The position numbers and the translations under genes were made by a program. DNA of 64,000 nt, from positions 9,926 through 73,925 of the forward strand of contig NW_021833706.1 of NCBI RefSeq assembly GCF_006345805.1. Direction: 5' to 3'. Source of the DNA: Octopus sinensis (lineage: Eukaryota). The notes under the pieces were generated by a model, which was given only the letters and a program-made list of their open reading frames with translations, ran no database searches and was not told where the DNA came from. Numbering within the stretch: the first letter of the stretch is position 1; every line of letters begins with the position of its first letter. Below, in pieces: positions 53,910 through 64,000 of the stretch.

Positions 53910-55460
53910 ATAGCGTACACCTGGATATAGGCTTGAAACTCCACTACGCAACTCTGGTGCCAACAATGTCTGCACAGGTGGGATTAGGATACTCTCAATC
54001 CCCAGCTTTCGGATTGTATTATGGAGTGAAACCTACTAGGTGTGAGGGTTCACCTCTTGAAACTAAGGCTGAATATGAAAGACCACTGTGGCTGTTGAAA
54101 GTATATGCAGCAAACAGCTGGGTCAAATACATATCCTTCCTAAGCAAATTCACCTCAGCTTTAGATATATTTGGGGCAAAGTCATTTGTCCTGCAAGGAG
54201 ACTTCAGTGCACACCTTGGCACTGATACCCGTGAGAAGGATTGATTGGAAGGAATGTCGTCAGTGAACTTAATGGAGAGGTCATAGCAGCCTTCTGTGAA
54301 GGATACACACACTCCACTCTATGGTATAGATATTATTTTAAGACAGGGATATTTATAAGGGTGCCTGGTATAGAAATAGTTGGTGACAGAGGTTTCTGAT
54401 AGATTTCGGTCATCTTTCACTCTTTGCTGAACGTTCGGGTAAAAGGAAGGGGTGGAGTTGTCAACTCGTCACTACCTAAATGTCTGAAAACCTGAAAATT
54501 CCTACAGTCTGCCGAACACTAGAAATTGTTAAGTCCAGTGCGACCTACAGAATACAGTTGGAAGCCGCAGTGGATGCTGGAATCAGAATCAAAATTGTGG
54601 AGACTTTTGCATCCAAATTGGGAGTGACTATCCTGAATGAAGTTGGACCTCGAAATGGATTCGTGATTGTATTATGTTTTTCGGCAGGTTCTTCTTCGGT
54701 TGAACGCTTATTTGAGCAAAACTCACTTAAAAGTGACAAAGCTGCTGGTGAAAAGCACGTTCGGCTTGATATTTTAGAAACCTTAAATACAGATGGTATT
54801 CTCTGAGTGACCCATGTATGCTAGGTGGATGGGACCTCTGGAAAAAACACCAAGGCAATGGTAATATGGGGAGACAATCACAATTTTTTCAAACAGAGAC
54901 CAAAAAGTGTGTTCTAATTATAGAAAAGTCTACACTAGATGTCAGGAAGAGATATGTAGGGAAATTGTCGTCCCAAGATTACTGTCCGGGACGCAGTACA
55001 CCCGACCAGAGAGTCGTTCAAAGACAGATCTTCCAGCAAACTTTGAAATATTTCTAAGGTTTATACAATGTAAACCACGGAAAGTCACGCAATCACGTGC
55101 CCTTGGGCAGATTGTGGAATGTTTACCATGAAGGTGTGTTTAATGGGCAAATACTGGTTGCCCTAAAACACTTATATGGATGTTCAAATGATTGTATTTA
55201 TGTAAAAGTCGAAAGTTTTCAACGTGAAGGTTTCACTTAGTTGAAGTGTGCATTGTTAGTGCCCCTTCTCACATTCTTTTTTGTGATCTGGTTGAGTATG
55301 CGCACCCATTGTGGTAGAGGTATCCCAATTCATCTCTACGTGATTGGTCGACTGTTATTTGTAGACGACATGCTGCTACATGATTCGTCTGATGGTAACC
55401 AACAACATGCGTTGAATGAGTTGGCTGCCGAGTACCCCTGGGAAGGATTGACAAATACGC
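53910..55460 (+). mobile_element. RTE-LINE remnant, copy E
   Basis: ORFs 53933-54244 (VLQGDFSAHLGTD), 54480-54806 and 55241-55654. Confidence 0.85.
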
Positions 55461-58400
55461 ACTGTGTAGGAAAGGGGAACATCATTATTTCGGGTCTCTA
55501 TTCACGAACGATTGGAAGCACAAGAGTGGACAGAATGCTGAATTGTAGATATAAACGCAGTGAAGCGCCAGCTCGGGCTTTTGATTCTCAGATGAAGAGG
55601 GATTGGTACAATTCTCGACGTATCGTTGCATATATACTCATATACACACAATAAATGGCATAGTGTATTAAAGTAACATTTTATTTAGGAAATTATTGTA
55701 AAGTAGAACATATTTTGAAATAAATTCAGGCAAGTGTCTTAGTGTATGCTATGGTGGACATATGGATAGTATTGTGGAACTAATTCAAAGTTGGTGAAAT
55801 TATAAATCATTAGTTAATGAGTCAAGGGTAAAAGACTTTAGCCATAAAAATAGTTCTTACTTGGAGTGTCATCAGGTTTATCGTCGAGAGATTTCTTGGA
55901 GATGAAACGGTTCTGTGAAAAAATAGAAATAGCATCATATATATAGAACTTCAGGGTATTTATAATCGTTTAGAACTTAAAACAATGCAATAGATGACAA
56001 CATATTCGGACAGGTATCATTGACAACACTACCATCTCAACCCCTTAGAAATCTTCTAGAAGGCGCTTCCATCAAGTCAAAGGATTTTCTGAACAATATC
56101 AACTCTGCATTTCAAATGACATCGTTTGGTGAATCTAAGAAGATAGATAAACATGATTTATTACGGCCGACGTCAGTTCAAGGGCAAGTTTATCCCATCA
56201 TTGGTTCTGGTACCCGCGAATGAACAACCACAGTTCCTCCAAATTTACTCTATGAGTGATGTAGGACAAGAAACCCGACGTGAGGTGTCAAAATTTCCGA
56301 TGATGGGTCGTGTTAGACACAGCGCACACTGCTGCAAAGGTGAGTATATCCACTGACAGCTTTTCGGTGCATTCAAAAATCACAGAAACCCCAGTTTATA
56401 TAGTTAAATTTAATCCAAACAAAAAAGCACAAAGAAACACATCAACGTGTGAACGTGAAACAAACATAGTATTATTGGACGCCCAGGAAAGAAAGAAAGA
56501 AGGAGGGTTTAACGTTTCGGGTGGAGCTCTTCGTCGGAAACATACGAGATGGAAAGATCCAGAGGAGGGAAGACAGAGGAAAAAAATCGCCAACGGTACA
56601 CACGCGCACACATTTTGAATGACCGGAAGGAAATGGGTGAAGAAAAGTTCTTTCAAAGACAGGAGATTGGTGGAGGAAGAAGTATGTGTGTGTAAGTGTG
56701 GATAAGAGCGTGTGCGGAGGTCTGTGTGTGCGTGTGTGTGTCTGTGTGTATGTGTGCAATAATGACACGTGTGTGTGTATGTGTGTGTGTATGTGTGTGT
56801 GGTTGTGGCTGTTAATCTTTGCGTGTTGTAAGGTTAGTAGTGTTAAGGTCAAGGAAGAAGGAATTGGGCGTGGCTCCTTTTGTCTCTACCCTAGGTCAAG
56901 TAGTAGGTACTGCTAGTTTGATGTATGTGTGTGCGTGCGTGTATGTATATGTATCGTGTGTGTGTATTGTTTGTAGTGTGTGTGTGTGCATGTGTGTGTG
57001 TTCGTGTGTGTAGGCGTAGAGTTAGGGTGTGTGGCGAATAACTGTGCGTCTGTGTGTGTACATGTATGTATAATTGTGCGCGTGTATGTATTATTGTGTA
57101 CCGTGTGTATGGGACGTATGTGTGGGATCATTTGTGTGTGTGTGTATGTATGTGCGTGCGTCTCGTATGTGCGTGAGTGCATGTACGTGTACGTTTGTAT
57201 GTGTGTGTGTAGGCGTATATGGGTGTATATGCGTGTATCCGTAGGGTTGTGAGTTTTCTGTGTGTGCATTAATGTGCGTGTGTACGTGCGTATGTGTGCG
57301 CATGTTTTTGCGTGCGTGTGTGTGTGTCTCTGTCTATATGTGTATACGGATGTGTATGAGTGTGCGTGTAGGCATATATTGTGTATGTATATGTATCGGT
57401 GTGTATGTGAATTTGTGCATGCGTGTGTGTTTTGGGTTTTTCTGGAGTTTTGTGGGAGTAATGTGCGTGCGTGTGTGCGCTTAAGTACGTGTATGTGCGT
57501 GTGTGTCTCTGCCCATATGTGTATGAGTGTGTGCGTATCTGTATGAGTATTGTTCGTTAAAGGTATATGTGGACATCTGTGCTGGTGTGTGTGTATGTAC
57601 GTGTGTATGTATGTGTGTATGTATTGTGTGCGTATGATGCATATATCTCCGTGATCACCGTCACAGACCAGTTGTTGCTACATATCGCTAGTCACAATGC
57701 GCTTCGCGTTGTTTTAGCCTTCAAATGACGCCACCCCGCTGGCTAGTTGAGCAGGCCAACAGAAGAAAGGGAGAAAGTTGTAGCGAAAGAGTACAGCAGA
57801 GATCAACACAACCCAATTCCCTGAGCCTCGTGAAGCATTAAACACTCACAACGCCCAGTCTGGGAATCGAAACCGCGATCCGACAACCATGAGTCCGCTG
57901 CCCGAACCACTGAGCCACTGCGCATCCCCCCCCCCCCACACACATCACACATATATAAATACATATCGAAATATACGTATGCACGTACACTGAAGCATAC
58001 ACACCATAAATATCACAAGTATACGTATCTACTTATACGCATACACACACACAAACGCACACATATATGTGAGTGGACATACACTGTATAGTGTGGTTGT
58101 TCGTGTACAATTGAGCACGTGTGTCTGTGTGCGTGCGTATGTGTGTGTGTTTGTGTTTATTTGTGCGTGTGTTTGTCCGTGTGTCTGTGTGTATGTATTT
58201 ACATTCGTTCTTACATATTGTCATATATAAAAACCAACGTGAATTACAGTCAAACATTACGAAATTCACCGATCTACATTGGCACTCGCACGTTTTATTT
58301 TCAGTTGGAAAGAAAAGATTCAAAAAAACTCGCCTCACTTCCGTTCCTGATGGAGAGAAATAGATAAATGTGTGTAAATATGTACGTATTCCTATGTGTG

Positions 58401-58702
58401 CGTGTGTGTGTGTTTGTATGTGTCTGTTTCTGTGCGTGTGTGCAAGTGTACATCTAGATATAATACTTAACACTAATATTTATAGGGCTAAAAGTTGCAG
58501 CGACAGGGCATAGCCATGCTAGAACCCCACCATTAGATTTTTTTCATTACGCACTTATTTCCCTCTCCAGGATTATGTCTGGTGAAAGAGCGATCGGACA
58601 GGAGTACAATTCCACTCTTCTTTGTGTTTCCTTGGGGTGTGTGTATATGTATATATTAATACATACATATATATCCATATCCATATATATATATATATAT
58701 AT

Positions 58703-58735
<33 letters not shown>

Positions 58736-58796
58736 GAGATAGATATGTATGTATATACATACGTAACTATATATGTGTGTATGCATATATGATATG

Positions 58797-58828
<32 letters not shown>

Positions 58829-58904
58829 GAGGTACAATGGCCTAGTGGTCGTAGGATCGCGCTTTCGATTCTCAGACCGAGCGGTGATATATATATATAT
58901 ATAA

Positions 58905-59085
58905 TTTTAATAAGGGTTTTTGGCAATAAGTTGCTTAAACTACATACCGAAAATGTTAGAAATAGCAGTCAAAGGCCTACCAATTCTACTACAACAATGG
59001 TAGAAACGGTAGCCCTTTGACTGCTATTTCTAACATTTTCGGTATGTGGTTGAAGCAACATGTTGCAAAGAGCCCTTATTATAAT
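58905..59085. repeat. ~175-bp hairpin element (about 73-bp imperfect arms) in copy E
   Basis: AATAAGGG...CATACCGAAAATGTTAGAAATAGCAGTCAAAGG pairs with CCTTTGACTGCTATTTCTAACATTTTCGGTATG...CCCTTATT. Confidence 0.75.
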
Positions 59086-59211
59086 TAAATATACTTTTAC
59101 CGTATATGGTCCTTTTCCATACCAAAGTAGTACTAGGTGAAATTTTTTGATTTTATTAAATTAATTATATTTCCCCCTTTATCTGTATATATGTATATAT
59201 ATATATATTAC

Positions 59212-59364
59212 AGTGTCTGTGTGGTAAGACACTTGCTTCTTAACACCAAGGTATTCTGTTCAGTCCCACTGCGTAGAAAATTGGACGAATGCCTACCAAT
59301 ATATACTCGAGCTGACCAGAGCCACGTCAGTAGATTTGGTAGATTGAGACGGAAAGAAGGGTGC

Positions 59365-59431
<67 letters not shown>

Positions 59432-59672
59432 ACACACACACACATGTGTATGTATGTATATATGTATTATGTATGTGTCTGTGATTGTCGCACCACTATC
59501 GCTTCTCAAGTGATATCGGTGTGTTTACGTCCCCGTTACATAGCGGTTCGGCTACAGATACCGTTAGAATGAGCACTAGGCTTACAAAGAATAATTGCCG
59601 AAGTCGATTTGTCCTACTAAAGGCAGAGCTCTAGCATGGCCGCAGTCAAATGACTGAAACGGGTGAAAGAAT
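59212..59672 (+). mobile_element. Octopus-type tRNA SINE (MetaSINE-like head, internal CA tract, tail), complete only in copy E
   Basis: Head GTGTGGTAAGA..CTTGCTT...GTTCAGTCCCACTGCG, central GATTTGGTAGA...GAAAGAAG, tail GGTGTGTTTACGTCCCCG...GCATGGCCGCAGTCAAATGACTGAAAC. Family assignment from recall. Only the tail remains at ~10215-10400, ~24135-24318 and ~46775-46957. Confidence 0.65.
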
Positions 59673-59682
59673 ATATTTATAG

Positions 59683-59718
<36 letters not shown>

Positions 59719-60023
59719 GTATATAGAGAAAGATACACAGATAGTAACATACACACACGAATATACATGTTTGCATTTATATATATATATATATATAATG
59801 TGTGTGTATATATATATATATATATATGTATGTATATATATATATATATACATACTTAATAAAAAGAGTTCAGCAAAGATTTGCTTTATCACATACCGAA
59901 GTTTAGAAATAGCAGCCAAAAATCTTAGCTATTTCTTCTACTTTAAAAAATGATTTCTAGAGAAACCAAAATATATATATATATAGAGAGAGAGATATAT
60001 CTACACAACCGCATTTATGTGTT

Positions 60024-60098
<75 letters not shown>

Positions 60099-61489
60099 AC
60101 GCACTAATATATTCATATATATGTATGTTTATATATACATATATCTGTATATTATATATACAAATATATGTATATGTATATATATGTATATACACATATG
60201 TATGTTTAGGTGTGTGCGCCTGTGTGTTTTTCTGTGATTACGGGTGTGATGGATCGTATGTGTGTGTGTGTGTGTGCTCTATAGGAACATATGTACATGG
60301 TTTATGCATACATCCGTCCATCCATACATCCATCGCTACCTACATACATCCATATTTTCATACATACATACGTTAATGCATACATACATACATGCATATA
60401 TAAATACATAAAGACATAAATATATTAACTCAAAATCCATGATTTACCGTTTGCGATTTCTCTTCCATTTTTCCTATTCTTGAATCTTGATGAAGAATCA
60501 CGATCGTCAGAACGAGAAGAACCCCAAAAGCTATGAGAGAAGAAATGGAATAACGCTGCGAAATACTCCTGGACAGTTGTGCGAAATCCATTCTGGTGAC
60601 AGTTGTCGGTCGTACGTGATACTTCGTGTGGCTTCAACAAAAGATCGAGATGCGAGGTTTAAGCTGAAGACCTGTAACTGAATTCCACGTATTTATTGAG
60701 CGCACAACGACCCAGCTCTGGCAGAGATCTTATCGTAAATTTATGAACCAATGCGATTGGTGGAACTGTAAAAGCGGGTGTGAACTTGTCTGACAGGTTT
60801 AATTATTGGAAAGAGATGGTTTGATATTGTCACACAATAATTAGCAAAATATTTTGATGAATGAGAGACACGTGTAAAGTGAAATGATTCCTATTTCTAG
60901 ATATATTATGATATATTTATTTACTAATGTTTTTATTTAATTTTATTTGTTATTATTGAGAAACTGTTTTAATATTCATTGTGGGAAGTATTTCGTTCAA
61001 CAGACGAATACACAGAAGCACGCGCATACACACACACACACACACACACACACTGACACACACACACTGACACAAACACGAACACACACACACCCACACA
61101 CACTGACACACAGACACACACACGCACACACACTAACACACACACACTGACATACACACACACCAACACACAAACCCACAGACACCAACACACACTGACA
61201 CACACACACAGATACATTGTCTTACACACACACACACACACACACACTCACGCACACACATACACATTGACACACAGACACTGACACAGACACACACACT
61301 GACACACACACACACACGCTGACACACACACGCACACACACTGACACACACACATACACTGACACACACACACACATTGACACACACACACACTCCCACA
61401 CACACACATACACTGACACACACACACATACACTGACACACACACACACACACACACCGACACACACACACACACACACTCACACACTG

Positions 61490-63753
61490 TTTTAACATTC
61501 AGTGTGGGAAGTATTTCGTTCAACCCAAAACAGTAATCGCAAGACTTAATCTAATGAAGTTCGCTGTTCGGATTGGATTCTTCACAACAAGCGTTAATCT
61601 GATTAGAAAAGTTTTATGTGAATATCAAAATCAAAACCTACCAATTCCCACCCACCCATACATACATATATACATACATACATATATACATACATACATA
61701 TATACATACATACACACTTACATACACACATAGATACATACATGCATACATACACACACACACATACATACATACATGCATATATACATACAAACATGCG
61801 TACATACATACACACCCACATACATACATACATACACACATACATACATACATGCATACATACACACTCGCGTATATACATACATATATACATACATACA
61901 TACCCCCATACATATATACTTACATACACACACATATATACATATATATACATACATACACACATACATACACACATACATACATACAAACATACATACA
62001 TACACACACATACATACATACATGCATACATACTTTCATACATACATACATACATATATGTATGCATATATTTATACATATATGTATGTATATATGTATA
62101 CATGCATGTATGTTTGAATGTAAGCGTGTATATATCGATAGACACATATACACATACATATATATATACATACATCCATACATACATGCATATATACTTA
62201 CATCCATCCATCCATCCCTACATACATACATACTTGGTGGCTGCCCCCTCGTTATCGAGTATGGGCATTGCTCGGTGCTTAATCAATGTTGTTAACTTGC
62301 AATGCCTGTGCATGAAGATTTTTTTTAAAGCGAGGAAAGTGTGTGCACTGTGTCAATCCCAGTCACTAAGCAACAGCAGCCATAATCCGAAAAAAAAACA
62401 AGTCAACATCATTGGAAACCACTGAGCGGCAGTTTTATATCGGAGTTATCCCAGTTACCTGAATTACCTTCTCCTAGAAGGATGCCCTAACAAAGTCTAG
62501 GAGTCCTTCACTCCCAATGGTTTAACCGCGCGATGGGGTATTCAGTCCGATTATTTCTATGTCCCCGCGCATGATACAGCCTTAACACATTTATTGGATG
62601 GCCGTTGACTCTCAAGAGTTCCACCGCTCTTTGACGGGTTTTGTTTTTCATCCAGCAGGGTGTCCAATAAACTCCCTCCTCACCAAGCAAGTTTGGTGGG
62701 GTTGACGGTTTAGTCGCCGACGACCCGACAATGCAACAGGTTGTACTGGGTTACATGTTACCAGTAGCACACGAAAGTGACCTGACATACATACATACAT
62801 GCATACATACCTACATATATACATACATACATACATACATGCATACATACATGCATACATACATACATACATGCATACATACATGCATACATGCATACAT
62901 ACATACATGCATACATACATACAAGCATACATTCATGCATGCATACATAATACATACATACATACATGCATACATGCATACATACATACATACATACATA
63001 CATACATGCATACATGCATACATACATACATGCATACATACATACAAGCATACATTCATGCATGCATACATAATACATACATACATACATGCATACATGC
63101 ATGCATACATACATACATACATACATACATGCATACATGCATACATACATACATTCATGCATATATACATACATACATGCATACATACATACATGCATAC
63201 ATACATACATATATGCATACCTACTTACATTCATGCATACTTACATACATACATACATACATGCATACATACATACAGACATACATACATACATACATCA
63301 TACATACATACATACATACATACAAAAATATCCTGTTCATGTTGTTGAAATTCCAATGAAAGATACTTGGAACTAGGTTAGAAGCCGTCTCTCTTTCTGT
63401 TGGCCAGAATTATTCTATTAAAACCGAATAATGACATTCATACATATTTTTAGCTAGTCATTATCACTAGCTTTGAATACTTTTCTTCTTGTTTTATAAA
63501 TCATAGCAAAACATACAGGTACAGTGTCTCCAATTTGAAACTCAATTCGCAAGTGCACCTTCCGTATGGACTGCATACGTACGACGGAATTCCATAGTTA
63601 TGATTAAATTTACTCAGAGGAAGCATATTAGACCCCTCAGATATAGTTTGACCTAATTTAATATATTTGTATATATATGTGTATGTATGTGTGTGTGTGT
63701 GCGTGTGTGTGTGTGCGTGCGTGTGTATTTGTGTGTGTGTGTGTGTATTTGTG

Positions 63754-63784
<31 letters not shown>

Positions 63785-64000
63785 TGTGCGTGTAACACTC
63801 TCGGTTTGGCCCTCGAAATAAGGGTAATTTGAAATAAGCTACAAAATAAATCTTACATCCATGTCAGATTTCAACAAAGTCCCATAATTTTTCCTATCGT
63901 AATGGCGGGTTGCATATGCAGCTGCGCATGCTCTGTACAGCTTAAACACCTGGCGGTTGTTTTCACTGTCTAATTATGCCGCTGAATCAAAAGATGAATT
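61490..64000. repeat. Second copy of spacer X
   Basis: Colinear with 32640-36550, minus the ~1.09-kb internal duplication. Confidence 0.9.

Larger units (their letters stand above)
50313..60591 (-). pseudogene. Copy E: exons 1-3 intact, exon 4 with three small indel sites (pseudogene or assembly error)
   Basis: Exons at 60448-60591 (donor GTAAAT), 55861-55912, 53076-53150 and 50313-50816. +1 nt at ~50730, +2 nt at ~50639 and net +1 nt at ~50345-50355. No nonsense substitutions seen, so it may be functional in the animal. Confidence 0.45.

Noticed and set aside
58547-58631. Candidate exon [25 protein letters not shown] (homologues near 9570, 23170, 46325)
   Set aside because: The acceptor is lost in A, the first codon is TAA in B, and including it puts the well-supported 52-nt exon out of frame.
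7500-63400. Dozens of long ORFs rich in CV, HT, YI or MYVC (e.g. 32789-33973, 394 aa)
   Set aside because: They are translations of (CA)n, (TA)n and (TACA)n microsatellites, open in several frames and both strands.

Overview
Repeat-rich, AT-rich eukaryotic DNA, most likely octopus (inferred from octopus-type tRNA-derived SINEs and dense (TA)n, (CA)n and (TACA)n microsatellites). Almost all ORFs in the supplied track are microsatellite noise. The window is a tandem array of five minus-strand paralogs (A ~0.6-12.7 kb, B ~14.1-26.3 kb, C ~27.8-32 kb, D ~37.8-48.9 kb, E ~50.3-60.7 kb), arranged A-B-C-X-D-E-X, where X is a repeated spacer. I reconstructed a four-coding-exon gene (144+52+75+497 nt = 255 aa plus stop in copy D). 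It encodes an N-terminal signal-anchor helix, a short stalk with no Gly-X-Y collagen repeat, and a 10-Cys spongin short-chain-collagen / collagen IV NC1-like domain (usually annotated 'short-chain collagen C4-like' in molluscs). Only D is intact as assembled. C is a clear pseudogene. A, B and E carry indels that may be real or may be long-read consensus errors. Exons 1-3 and the C-terminal end of exon 4 are almost invariant between copies, while several short segments of exon 4 differ at nearly every codon, as expected for a diversifying recognition-protein family. The copies are recombinant mosaics. The introns hold RTE-LINE and Helitron remnants, SINEs, a mariner, a Tc1-like MITE, foldback elements and several Penelope-type hammerhead ribozyme motifs, including a 360-bp palindrome with one hammerhead on each strand.
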